DNA of 64,000 bases from Andalucia godoyi And28 (Eukaryota; Protista; Jakobida): the NCBI GenBank assembly GCA_009859145.1, contig VRVR01000028.1, positions 36,438-100,437 on the forward strand. Direction: 5' to 3'. A model generated the notes under the pieces. It ran no database searches, had not been told where the DNA came from, and was given only the letters and a program-made list of their open reading frames with translations. Every line of letters starts with the position of its first letter. Position 1 is the first letter of the stretch. Both the position numbers and the translations under genes were made by a program. Of the stretch, positions 13,290-23,215 are shown piece by piece.

Positions 13290-15578
13290 TCACTTTCCAC
13301 CGGCTGTGCGGAAGTACAGACGAAGAATGCCTCCAGCGGTCTGTCTGGGTTTCTTGAAACGCCGGAGGATTTGCGAAAAGCTGAGATCCGACGTGAGGAC
13401 TTCCGAATGATGCAAGATTTCGATCTGCGTCTTCTTGTCGACGTTCAACGTGAACTTGATCCACTGAATCAGTTGGTCGATTGTCAGACGCAGTTTCGCC
13501 TTGATGAGAGGCTTGGGAAGCGGCGACAATGCCGTCTTCTTTGTCTCTTCGGAAGAGTCCAAATACAAGTAGAACAGGGTCTCACCGACTGGTGCACCTG
13601 ACTGTGAAAGCTGGGAGGCCATCGACTCCGGCAGTGCTTCGAGTTCAAACTCCTTTGCGGGCTCTGCCTTCCTGCGGCGCTTCGGGCCGGCTTCGTCCTC
13701 GACGGCAGCGGGGGCTGCAACACGGCGGCGCTTCCTCTTAGAGCCTGCGTCTTCGTCATCAGACTCCGCGTCTTCTTCGTCACCATCTTCGCTCGCGGCA
13801 TCATCAGCCTCCTTGGCGTCATCATACTCGACAATCATTCCACTGTCGTCATCATCTGCCTTCTTAATAGCTCTCTTGCGCTTACCCGAGTCCGGAACCG
13901 CAGCTTCACCATCTTTGCCGGACGCGAGAGAGACCAGCAGATCGTGGGCTTCAGAGTCGTCCACGGACATCTTGGGCTTTCGACCACGCTTACGGCCGGA
14001 GGCTCCGCCCACCGTCTTTGACTCGGAGGGAACAACGGGCGCGCCTTCCTCCTCCTGATCATCGGAATCGTCGTCGTCGTTCGCACGTCGGCGACCACGT
14101 CTTCCCTTCTTTGTCGAAGATGGTGTTGAAGCTGCTGCTGCTGCCGCCGCCGCAGAGCCATTGGCTGTACCGACGACTGCAGACAATGCAGATACTGACG
14201 AGGGTCCAAATGGCGTAAGCGCCGATCCGAGTGCTGCCATGAACGGGATGAATGTAATGGTGGACGTTGAGGTGGGACCAACAAACTCTCCGTTTTGACC
14301 AAGCTGCGCGGGAATGAAGGAGCGAGAAAACGCTGCAGCGACATTTCCCGGGACAAGTGGGTGGAAATTGTTCAAATAAACGAGCATGTCGTAAAACTTC
14401 TTCAAGCCCTGTGCAGAACGGAAAGGCAGGAAAAAGCGGCGGTGGCGCTGCAAAATTCGATCGAAGACCTCGACGGACACAGGATGCGGCATCGCACGCA
14501 TTTCAGATGCGAGGACGTCTTGTTCCGAGATCGACAGTGGGAACTTGTATTCGGTCAAATCACCATGGATGATGCGAGACGACACATGGAACTCTGTTGT
14601 CGGCGTCGAGATCGACAGCGATCCCGGCTGGGCATGCGGAGCACCTACTCCGAGGGAGATGGACGACATTGCAGAGGGCATCTGTGAGTGTTGGGAAAGG
14701 GCACGCTTGCGAGCAGACATTGTCGCGTCGTCTTCTGTCCCGTTTCCAAGAACGGACGTGTCCATGGAGCCGTCAGGATTCTGTTGTTGATGATGGCCAT
14801 GGTGATGATGGCCATGATGACCCGAGACATCGTCGTCCTGGTCATCCCCGTTGACGCCTGGGACACCCGCGACAGACCCGTCGCCAGCTGCACCCATTCC
14901 ACCAACCACAAGACCGTGAGGGTCGCCGAGACGATCGACGTGTCCATCACGCTTTCTTTGGAAATACCGATGTCGACATTGGATATCCGTGCGGGCAGAG
15001 CCCATCTCCTTTGCCACTCGGATCCAGGAAGACTCGCCGTAGCGATCCACAAGAGATTGCAGCAACATGTCTTCCTGCAGAGTCCAGTCTCCTTTGGTGA
15101 TCTGAGGATTCAGCACACGGTGCCAATGCTGGTTGCACTGGTCCGCAGTGAAGATGTTGCCGAGCTCGGCACCAATTCTCTTCCAGTTCCGCGCACCATG
15201 CATCTGAACAGCAAGTCGGAGCTGCTCATCCTGCTCAGCAGTCCATCGTCGGCAGTGTGCTGAGCGACGGGACCGGGGTCTGGAGATGCGGTAGTCCACC
15301 ATCGGGTCCGACGACGAAGACGACGCGCCAGAACTCCCAGCCCCTGAAGACCCTGCTCCGGCACTCCCTGTCCCAGACGGCACTGGCATCATCGACAGCC
15401 CCATGCTGCTCGGATCCGCCGAGTTCACCGGAGGCGGGGAGATTGAGTTGGACAGTCCAATGCCATTCAGATTCATCCCAACTGGACCAGACGACTGCGT
15501 ATGAGCTCCGGGAATCCCAGTTGGAATCGCATACGCAAAGGATTGCTGCGAGCCATTGTTCGCACTAGAAGAATCCAT
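13290..15578 (-). CDS. Myb (two-repeat) DNA-binding protein with MCRS1-like segment and C-terminal RAWUL-like ubiquitin fold
   Basis: 762-aa ORF. RRWTAEQDEQL..ARNWKRI..QCNQHW and GDWTLQEDMLL..ESSWIRVA..RTDIQCRHRY are Myb repeats. Acidic/basic NLS-rich middle. C-terminus LSPLPKPLIK..TIDQLIQWIKFTL..IEIL..LRLYFR resembles RAWUL. Confidence 0.9.
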   Translation of the reverse strand: MDSSSANNGSQQSFAYAIPTGIPGAHTQSSGPVGMNLNGIGLSNSISPPPVNSADPSSMGLSMMPVPSGTGSAGAGSSGAGSSGASSSSSDPMVDYRISRPRSRRSAHCRRWTAEQDEQLRLAVQMHGARNWKRIGAELGNIFTADQCNQHWHRVLNPQITKGDWTLQEDMLLQSLVDRYGESSWIRVAKEMGSARTDIQCRHRYFQRKRDGHVDRLGDPHGLVVGGMGAAGDGSVAGVPGVNGDDQDDDVSGHHGHHHHGHHQQQNPDGSMDTSVLGNGTEDDATMSARKRALSQHSQMPSAMSSISLGVGAPHAQPGSLSISTPTTEFHVSSRIIHGDLTEYKFPLSISEQDVLASEMRAMPHPVSVEVFDRILQRHRRFFLPFRSAQGLKKFYDMLVYLNNFHPLVPGNVAAAFSRSFIPAQLGQNGEFVGPTSTSTITFIPFMAALGSALTPFGPSSVSALSAVVGTANGSAAAAAAAASTPSSTKKGRRGRRRANDDDDSDDQEEEGAPVVPSESKTVGGASGRKRGRKPKMSVDDSEAHDLLVSLASGKDGEAAVPDSGKRKRAIKKADDDDSGMIVEYDDAKEADDAASEDGDEEDAESDDEDAGSKRKRRRVAAPAAVEDEAGPKRRRKAEPAKEFELEALPESMASQLSQSGAPVGETLFYLYLDSSEETKKTALSPLPKPLIKAKLRLTIDQLIQWIKFTLNVDKKTQIEILHHSEVLTSDLSFSQILRRFKKPRQTAGGILRLYFRTAGGK

Positions 15579-15995
15579 GAGGTTCGAAATTTATTTTTCC
15601 CCTCCTCAAAAAAAGTGGTCGTAAACCGTGAACCAAAAAAGAAGCAGCAAGCGAGAATACGAAAGATGTGAGGAAAAAAAATTCGAAAGGAAAAAAGAAA
15701 AGGAAAAATAGTAAAAGACAAGGAGTGAGAAAAGGGTCGTAAGAACTACAGAAATTTACAGAAAACTACAGGAAGGGACTGCTCAGTGGAAACTCGGAAA
15801 AGGAGTTGGGCGGTCGAATCGTGAGTATAATCGCTACACAGACAGCCCAGAATACGCTCTATTGCTACGCTGAACTGCAGTTTGTGATGGATTTGGCGGT
15901 GAAACCACCGAGCATCCAGCATCAATTCAGATAAAACGGTCACATGAGGACTCCTTGATGCTGGCCATCGGCACTGCTTTTTGTTGCGCGTGAGG

Positions 15996-18900
15996 CTACG
16001 AGGAGACTACGACCGGCTGGGTTTTCGTTTTGCTGTGCGACGGTGAAGGGGGCGGCGCGCGGGCAACAATGCGTTCGAGCAGAAGGATCATGTCGCTGAC
16101 TCTTTCTATGGAGAACTTCGCGGCGCTTTCCTCCTGGCCAATCCGAATGGTCCAGTGGCTCGAGTGGAATCTCTCATTCAAGTTGTTCAGAAACCGGAAA
16201 ACCGGCTCGTCGGCTTCTCCGTCACCAGCGTACACCACGAGGACTGGGCTTTCACCACCAACACCGCTGCTGCTGCCCAGCTGGTTGCCGAAGAAGTGGC
16301 TGGCTTTGCCTGGCGACACGGGCAGGACGTAGTCGTTCGACACAACAAAGTCTGTGTGCTGCGAAAACGGGACGGCGTTGTGCATGAGCCATTCGACGAA
16401 CTGCAGCTTCCCGCAGTTGGCTGGCATAATTTCGAGTCCTTTGTGGGTTGAGAGTACCTGGATGGGTGCTCCTGCACCGACTTGCGTCGTGAGATGAAAT
16501 CGCAGTTCGCGTGCCTGGTGCTCGCCAAACTCTGGGTCAGACGCACGGAAATAGAATCCAGCGGAATACTCTCGGACATCCATGACGCATCCAGGAGTGC
16601 GCTCACCAAAGAAATTCAAGACATCCAACACGTTGTCGTCCAAGTTGCAGCGATTCTTCGTCTCTACCAGCCCTTCTTCGATCACACGGACGGATGGGAT
16701 CATCAAGGGTGCTTGCTCCACTTCTCCCTTCGGCTTCGCGCCGATGAGCTGCCAATCATGGATGACGTTTGCGCGGCCTTTTTCTGCGTTCTGTTTGATC
16801 TTCGTGGCAAAGATTCCGTTTTCTGCAGCGATCACCAGGTTGTCGATTCCGCAGAACCATTCCAAGGCCGTCCTCTTGTCTCTCGCGGTAATCACCGCAA
16901 CCACAGTGTTTGACAACGCGGTGAGCTGCCCAAGCAATCCCAGCAATGCCGAGGACGGCGGCTGCAATGCTGGAACCGCAGATTTGGAAGCGTACACCAG
17001 TGATCCTTCGTAGTCCAGCACAAATACGGTGGTCCTGGTGCCGGTGCTGGTGTCCGTGCTGGTGTCCGTGCTGGTGCTGTGGTTTGCAGCACTGGGCGGC
17101 TGGTCAGCTTCAGACGTCGAAAACTTCTGTGATGAGACACTGATGCTTTGGAACAGTTGTTGCATGGACAACAAGGGCGGTGGGTTGCAGATCTGACTGG
17201 CCAGTCGTGAACGCTCATATGCCCGAAACAAGTCTGCTACAAACGCTTGACCCCACCGCGCTGCCGTGTGTCGAGAGATGTATTCAAACAGCGTCGACTG
17301 CCGTGCCCACCGATCGCTGTCCGACATGGACAGTGCACACTCAAGGGCCCCCACAACTGACTGCATATCCCACGGATTGATCCGAATGGCTCCAGCGAGA
17401 GAAAGTGCTGATCCGGCAAACTCGGAGATCACAAGAACTCCGGGAACGGGTTGCTTCAACGGTGCCGTTTCTGGCTGGCAGTCCGGAGCCGCAAGACAAG
17501 CGCTCTTTGTGAGTGGCTTCGTAGTCGGCGTTGCTGCTGGCTGTGGCTGGCAAGCAATGTACTCGAGCGCGACGAGGTTCTGGCCGTCTCGCAGCGACGT
17601 GATCAAGCACACATCGGCCAACGCATACAGTGCTTGAAGAGTGACAGGGTCCACAGACTGGTGTAAATACAGAACTGGGCCGGGATAACCGCTTGCCGTT
17701 GTTGTGGCTGGTTGGTTGGCCAACTGGGGGAGGGCAGAGCCCAATGATCCAAAGTGACCGTTGATCCTTCCAACGGTCTCTGCAACCTTCCTTTCGAGAA
17801 TTTGGTACTCTTCAACATCTGATCTGCTGGGCACTGCAATCTGCACCAAAATCACGGAATCCCGCATGTGCTTGTGCTTGGTGAGCAGGCTTTCAAACGC
17901 AGCAAGTCGGTGTGGGATCCCTTTGATGGGATCCAGCCTGTCGACTCCCAAGATCATCATTCGGTTCCTGCCTCCACCGCTGGATCGAAGTCCCAGAAAC
18001 GACGCCAACTGTGCAATTCTCTGCTGCACTGGCTCCGTCTTCACTTCAGAAACCCATTTCCAAGTGTCAATTCCAATCGGATGGATGCCGATCGTGGTCG
18101 GGCTTGTTCGGTGCGGTTCCAGCAGAACCATGCCGGATCCACATGGAACCAAACTCTGATCTCGGCTGTGGACTTCTTGAGAATCCTGGTGTACCAGAGG
18201 TACTCCGATAATTCGCTGTGCCGCAGACACAAAGTGCCTTGCGTAATCGTATGTGTGAAAGGACACGAGATCGGCTGCGACAACTCCGTTCAAAAGCTCT
18301 CGACGGTGCGGCAGCATTCGAAAGATTTCCGAGGAGGGCCACGCAGTGTGAAGAAAGAAGCCGATCATCATCTCCCGTTTCATGCGAGCGTCTTGGCGAA
18401 ACTTCTCTCGTAACATCGACGGCAGCAGCAAGAGATGATAGTCATGAACCCACACGATATCGCCGTCCCTGTATTCGCGCATGACCGCCTCGGCAAAGGC
18501 TTCGTTGGCCTTCACGTATGCTGTCCACCACTCTGGATGCGTGGAAGAGAGCTGCAGGGCGCTGGATGCGTCATAGTGCAGCAGCGGCCACAAGACGGAA
18601 TTCGAGTATCCTGCATAGTACTTTGCAGACGTGTCCTCGTCCAAGTACACCGCAGCCATGGTGTTGATGCCGGAGGAGGAGGAGGAGGAGGAGGAGGATG
18701 CCGCCGGTGTGCTCAGCAGCGTATCAATTGCCCTCTTATCTGCGTCGTCCTCCACCGCCAAGCCCGGCCACCCAATCCAAACCATGTCGTATTTGACGCT
18801 TCCCTGGTCCGACTTCGCAGATTGCGAATTGATGCCCGACACGCCCGACACAAGTCCGCCCGACGACGCCTTGGCAGTCCATGTTCCGCTGTCTGCGGAG

Positions 18901-19178
18901 CGCGAAAGAGTGACTGGCAGCCGATTCGCAATGATCAAAAGGCGCGGCCTGTTCACGGATTCCTGCAGACCCTCGTCGTCGGAGTCCCCCACCTCGTCGG
19001 CAGACGAGGATGAGCTGTGTGACCGCACCGAATGGAATGACACGGATGACGAAATCGACGTTGACGACAGCGAATGTGCAATCGTCTTCAGATCGCTGAA
19101 GGATGTCGACGTCGGAACCCGCGACGTGCTGTCCGCAGTCGGCGAAGTAAAGGACACACGGCGGCGATGCATCGTCAT
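15996..19178 (-). CDS. TPS: Trehalose-6-phosphate synthase/phosphatase fusion (GT20 + HAD)
   Basis: 1060 aa. IANRLPV, GGLVSG, YYAGYSNSVLWPLLHY, WVHDYHL, GFFLH, GVDRLDPIKGIP, SLRDGQNLVALEY, then a HAD domain (VLDYEGSL ... YAGDGEADE). Confidence 0.97.
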   Translation of the reverse strand: MTMHRRRVSFTSPTADSTSRVPTSTSFSDLKTIAHSLSSTSISSSVSFHSVRSHSSSSSADEVGDSDDEGLQESVNRPRLLIIANRLPVTLSRSADSGTWTAKASSGGLVSGVSGINSQSAKSDQGSVKYDMVWIGWPGLAVEDDADKRAIDTLLSTPAASSSSSSSSSGINTMAAVYLDEDTSAKYYAGYSNSVLWPLLHYDASSALQLSSTHPEWWTAYVKANEAFAEAVMREYRDGDIVWVHDYHLLLLPSMLREKFRQDARMKREMMIGFFLHTAWPSSEIFRMLPHRRELLNGVVAADLVSFHTYDYARHFVSAAQRIIGVPLVHQDSQEVHSRDQSLVPCGSGMVLLEPHRTSPTTIGIHPIGIDTWKWVSEVKTEPVQQRIAQLASFLGLRSSGGGRNRMMILGVDRLDPIKGIPHRLAAFESLLTKHKHMRDSVILVQIAVPSRSDVEEYQILERKVAETVGRINGHFGSLGSALPQLANQPATTTASGYPGPVLYLHQSVDPVTLQALYALADVCLITSLRDGQNLVALEYIACQPQPAATPTTKPLTKSACLAAPDCQPETAPLKQPVPGVLVISEFAGSALSLAGAIRINPWDMQSVVGALECALSMSDSDRWARQSTLFEYISRHTAARWGQAFVADLFRAYERSRLASQICNPPPLLSMQQLFQSISVSSQKFSTSEADQPPSAANHSTSTDTSTDTSTGTRTTVFVLDYEGSLVYASKSAVPALQPPSSALLGLLGQLTALSNTVVAVITARDKRTALEWFCGIDNLVIAAENGIFATKIKQNAEKGRANVIHDWQLIGAKPKGEVEQAPLMIPSVRVIEEGLVETKNRCNLDDNVLDVLNFFGERTPGCVMDVREYSAGFYFRASDPEFGEHQARELRFHLTTQVGAGAPIQVLSTHKGLEIMPANCGKLQFVEWLMHNAVPFSQHTDFVVSNDYVLPVSPGKASHFFGNQLGSSSGVGGESPVLVVYAGDGEADEPVFRFLNNLNERFHSSHWTIRIGQEESAAKFSIERVSDMILLLERIVARAPPPSPSHSKTKTQPVVVSS

Positions 19179-19319
19179 TTACGTAAGCTATGTTGTTGTC
19201 GTTGTACCTTGTCGATGCTGTTGTTTCTTTAATAAAAACAAAAAGAGAAAAACAAAACTGGAAACAAAAGAAGAAAGCACCTTATTTTTTTCGTCCTCCG
19301 TTCGATCGTTTGTTTGTTT

Positions 19320-19428
19320 TTTAGCTTTAGCTTTAGCTTTAGCTTTAGCTTTGGCTTTGGCTTTGGCTTTGGCTTTGGCTTTGGCTTTGGTTTCAGTTTT
19401 GGTTTTGGTGTTGGTGTTGGTGTTGGTG
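19320..19428 (+). repeat. Graded hexamer array (TTTAGC)5(TTTGGC)6 TTTGGT TTCAGT (TTTGGT)2 (GTTGGT)3
   Basis: Read directly; lies in the divergent TPS / DUF218 spacer. Confidence 0.95.
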
Positions 19429-19439
19429 TTCTCCAGCAC

Positions 19440-19790
19440 TCATTGCGGAGAAGCCAATCGATCTTCCCTTCTCTGGGACAGAATCTCCACCGTTTTTTTG
19501 CCGACGCGATCTGCTCGCGCACACCCAACAGCACTTGAACGGACAATGAAATGAATCTTTCGGCCGCTCACACCGCGTCAAGTTGACGTTTCTGGGAAAC
19601 ACGGCCCCGCCGGCGCCTGACGTAGCGCCAAGAGGCCAGCTGTCCTGGACTTGACTACGGTAGGGATACCGGGTCTCCTGCGGGGCTAGATAAGCAAAAA
19701 CTTCCGACATGATGTTGTTTGATGTTTCATACACCAAAACCGTCAACTGTTCTCTGTCAACGACTCAATAGGCCCCAGCGTCCCCAACGG
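19440..19790 (+). repeat. Dispersed element, copy C
   Basis: GACTTGACTACGGTAGG (19648-19664) is 17/17 identical to 46314-46330. TAGATAAGCAAA, CTTCCGAYATG, TGATGTT, ATACACC and GTCAA are shared and colinear with copy B. Upstream part matches copy A. Confidence 0.85.
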
Positions 19791-19847
19791 AACCAAACAC
19801 AGAAACCTAAAGGGTAATCGACGGGGGGAGACGGGAAAGACAAGGAG

Positions 19848-22800
19848 ATGCAGATGTCGAGTCGGGTGGTAGCGATCGTTGGGAAGCGTGTGTCGACTGA
19901 CGGCAAGCCTTCAGGAGAGCTAGTTGAGCGCATTCGGCTTGGGTGTGAATGTGCGCGTCGAACAATGTCGAAGCATGTTGTGTTTTGCGGGACGCCGGCT
20001 GAGGTGGACGAGATGGAGCGGCTTGCGAGGCAGGAGTATGCGCACATGTTTGTGGGAAGTGCAATTCGGATCGTGTTGATGCGCGAGAGCGCAAACACCG
20101 TGGAGCATGCGGTGTTTTTGCGGCAGTTTATGCGGAAACACGGACTGTGCATACTGCACCTTGCGACGTCGGACTACCACGAGCAGCGGTGCTTCCGCGT
20201 GTTTTCGTCGATTATGCACAACAAGGAGTTCCAGATCTACTTTGAGTGCGTGCCGTGCCAGAGGATGCTGGACCCTGCAGTGTACCGAGCGTCGGTCGAG
20301 CGAGAGCTGGTGCTGCAGAGCAACTTGCATCGGCAGTTGGAGCAGTACGCCCGGTTTTCAAAGAATGTGTATTTCATGGTCTCTGCGTCGTGGAGCGACA
20401 GCAGGACACGCATGGAGGATCCGTGGGCATGTGGTGCAGATCCGCCATTGGACGAAACGGGCGTGAGCGAGTCGCATCGGTTGGCCGAGGAAGTCGCCAA
20501 CGTCATCACGAGGCATTTTCCGCTGGAACAGTCGTTCGTGGTGCTCTCGTCGCCGTTGCGGAGAAGCATCCAGACAGTTGCTGCATTGCAGAGTTACTGC
20601 ATTGCTGCACCTCGTGTGAAACCTGCACCTGCAACTGCACCTGCAACTGCAGGCGGCGGCAATACGAGCAAGCTGCCGGGCGCACGGATGACGATGATGG
20701 TGGAGTTGCTGCCATTTCTTGCAGAGAGAAGACTTGGAATTCGCGATGAAATGTGCTCATCCCTCACGGAACTTCAGTCGTCGGCTGGAAATGTGGTTTG
20801 CGTTGTGTGCTCCTGCTATGGAGGCCAGGGCGAATGGATTCCACATGCCGCGCGCATGGCAGCCACCACCCCGGAATCCTACGTCGCGGAGACGACCTCG
20901 CAGACGATGCTTAGAGTTGAGAGGTTTTGGGGATACGTTCTCACGAAGGCGGAGGCCGTGATCGTGGCGTGTGTGAACCCTCTGTTTTTCCGGCACATTG
21001 TTTTTGGGTCTTTCTTGCCGCAGATGCTTTCCTCGAGTCTCTCGTTTACGCAACGGGATGTCGACAAGAGACAGGATTTGTGTGAAATTTCTCCAGGCTC
21101 GCTATACCGGTTGACTGCACTCGATCAGATTGCAGAGGAACAAAAGTTCTCCCTGTTTTCCTCGGGCAGACCGGATGTTGTGTGCCTGTGGCCAAAGGCT
21201 TATCCCCACCTGTTTCATGCGGATGCGTCGCTGCGGCCGTGCACGGCAGTGTATCCGGTGATTCCGCTCTCCGGCTTCCGCGATACTCCGGAATGCTCAG
21301 ATATTCTGCTGGATATCTGCCGATATGCCCAGCGGACACTGGCTGCTTCGGTGTTTCACTCGCGGTTTCGGTTTGTTCCTCTCGATCGCGTTTGTGTGCG
21401 GCTGAGCGACGTCCCCATCCGTCTGCAGCTTGAGACTGCAGAAGCGGACCAGGAAGCGTTCAGAAAGTCTAGATACTGGACAACATTTGCATTTGGGCAT
21501 GTGAGTTGCGCGGAATCTGTGGAGCAGGCGACGCTCTCCTTGATGAACTCCGACTGCATGCGAGCCCTTACCTCGTGGCTGCGTTTGCACTATCCAAATT
21601 CGGACTTGGCATCCTCCCGAGCGGCATCCGTCAGCTTGCGATGGGCTTATGCGCTCGAGCCGTTCCTTCCGGACGAGATCGATGCTCGCGAGGCCATTCG
21701 TCAGGATCTTCAGCTGTATGTGGACCGCAAAATTGGCTCGGTCTTTACTCTAGGATGCCCCGATGTTGGCATCTTCCATGATGCCTTTTCTTTCCACTTG
21801 TACAACAATCATGCTCGCCGGGCGTCTCTAATGACCATTTCTCCCACGGGCCAGATGGACCTGTTCTCCATTGTCAACAATACCCACATCGGCAAGACGT
21901 TTGAAATGGAGCGCGCATCCGAGTTTGTGGGGCGCACGGTGTCTGTTGGGCTGCCGCTGCCCACGGAGTGTGTGTACTTTGCGCTGGTGTGCAGGGGCGC
22001 CCAGAATCAGCTTCACCGCTTGCTCTGTGCGTACTCCCCATCGTCGGGCGCCTGCCGTGCGTGGATCATTGCCTCCGCATACATCATTCTGGAGTGCCGC
22101 GTCCTCGACGAAATTGGAAAGGGCTGCATGTCGTTTGCACAATGCGACAAGGGCTTCGTAGCCTCAAACAAGTTTGACTCTGCCCTGTGGCGGTTCGATG
22201 TCACGCTCGTGCAGAAGCGCACGCGAGACTCTGTTCTCGGCATCGACCACACCGTCATTGACGACTTTGCATGGACCGTGCGCCTCTCTCGAACGTCTCG
22301 CCGTCCAATCGATGCGCTGTCGAGCAGCTGCGGTTGCATTGCCCTCACTTGCGTCCGCAACACGCTGTTCTGGATGGCGGCAGCAAACACGTGGAAATCC
22401 CTCTCGTTTGCTGATGACCGCATGTTTGAGCGCAATCCAATCATGGATGTTGCCGTCGTCGCCGCTGCCGATGACGCCTCCCCATCAATCCCCTCTTCTC
22501 TCTCTGTGGATCCCATTGTCGTTCCGTTTCCTGTGTCCGCTTCCAACGATTCCGAGGATGCGTTGACGCATGCTTGGCTCGTTGGCAGAGGCGAGTGCAT
22601 CCGCGTCAGCGTCGGCGGTTCACCGAGCATCATTTCTCGAACAGCGCTCTTCTCTGGCGCAAATCGTGGCCGCTTCACCGCCCTCCTTCCGCCGATCAAT
22701 TCGCATGCGCTGGGTCTTCCCGGCGGTGATGGCCCATGCGTGGTCGGCATAGGATCGCATCTCGGCAGAGCGCGTCTTGCGCATATCGATCTCGAGCAGA

Positions 22801-22928
22801 ATTTCACCTGCACAGACATTGACCTTGCGTTGAACGACGACGCTTCCGAGTCGTTCCAATGGTCCTTTGCATTCTGGTTCGATCCCTTTCCATATGGCGC
22901 GAACGCACTCGTGTCCCACCTGCAGTGA
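19848..22928 (+). CDS. Multidomain protein: DUF218 (YdcF/ElyC-like) + degenerate histidine-phosphatase domain + uncharacterised C-terminal region
   Basis: 1026 aa. RESANTVEHA and LATSDYHEQRC are DUF218-type motifs. DPPLDETG and VVLSSPLRRSIQT are phosphoglycerate-mutase-type motifs but the RHG motif is missing. Confidence 0.75.
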   Translation: MQMSSRVVAIVGKRVSTDGKPSGELVERIRLGCECARRTMSKHVVFCGTPAEVDEMERLARQEYAHMFVGSAIRIVLMRESANTVEHAVFLRQFMRKHGLCILHLATSDYHEQRCFRVFSSIMHNKEFQIYFECVPCQRMLDPAVYRASVERELVLQSNLHRQLEQYARFSKNVYFMVSASWSDSRTRMEDPWACGADPPLDETGVSESHRLAEEVANVITRHFPLEQSFVVLSSPLRRSIQTVAALQSYCIAAPRVKPAPATAPATAGGGNTSKLPGARMTMMVELLPFLAERRLGIRDEMCSSLTELQSSAGNVVCVVCSCYGGQGEWIPHAARMAATTPESYVAETTSQTMLRVERFWGYVLTKAEAVIVACVNPLFFRHIVFGSFLPQMLSSSLSFTQRDVDKRQDLCEISPGSLYRLTALDQIAEEQKFSLFSSGRPDVVCLWPKAYPHLFHADASLRPCTAVYPVIPLSGFRDTPECSDILLDICRYAQRTLAASVFHSRFRFVPLDRVCVRLSDVPIRLQLETAEADQEAFRKSRYWTTFAFGHVSCAESVEQATLSLMNSDCMRALTSWLRLHYPNSDLASSRAASVSLRWAYALEPFLPDEIDAREAIRQDLQLYVDRKIGSVFTLGCPDVGIFHDAFSFHLYNNHARRASLMTISPTGQMDLFSIVNNTHIGKTFEMERASEFVGRTVSVGLPLPTECVYFALVCRGAQNQLHRLLCAYSPSSGACRAWIIASAYIILECRVLDEIGKGCMSFAQCDKGFVASNKFDSALWRFDVTLVQKRTRDSVLGIDHTVIDDFAWTVRLSRTSRRPIDALSSSCGCIALTCVRNTLFWMAAANTWKSLSFADDRMFERNPIMDVAVVAAADDASPSIPSSLSVDPIVVPFPVSASNDSEDALTHAWLVGRGECIRVSVGGSPSIISRTALFSGANRGRFTALLPPINSHALGLPGGDGPCVVGIGSHLGRARLAHIDLEQNFTCTDIDLALNDDASESFQWSFAFWFDPFPYGANALVSHLQ

Positions 22929-23215
22929 GCCCAGCCGACAAACGCCGACAAATCCCCCCGCCCCACCCAATCTGTCGTAATCAAAAAAGTAAAGCCTCGC
23001 ACTAAGCATCAAGCCTCAACTCGCACGGCCCTGTCAGTCTCAGAGTCAGTCCGACACATATGTCATCGGGTTTCTGCCGCGTTTTCCCGGGTTTTTGGTT
23101 TTTGTTTTCTGCTATCTGCTATTAAAATGATATAATGCATCTGGAACTCCTTTTCTTGGTCTTTTGAGGAGTTATTATTGCATTTTCCGCAGAAACGTAG
23201 GGTGCAGATAAGAGG

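Noticed and set aside
18631-19554. 307-aa plus-strand ORF and the many other antisense or microsatellite-derived ORFs in the track
   Set aside because: Shadows of real genes on the opposite strand or translations of simple repeats (LALALA, ERERER, LVTCHLS).
19648-19700. TPP riboswitch resemblance (AUACC..CCUG, CUAGAUAA)
   Set aside because: CUGAGA, the P5 return strand and GCGUAGG are missing, and the AUACC..CCUG part is absent from copy B.
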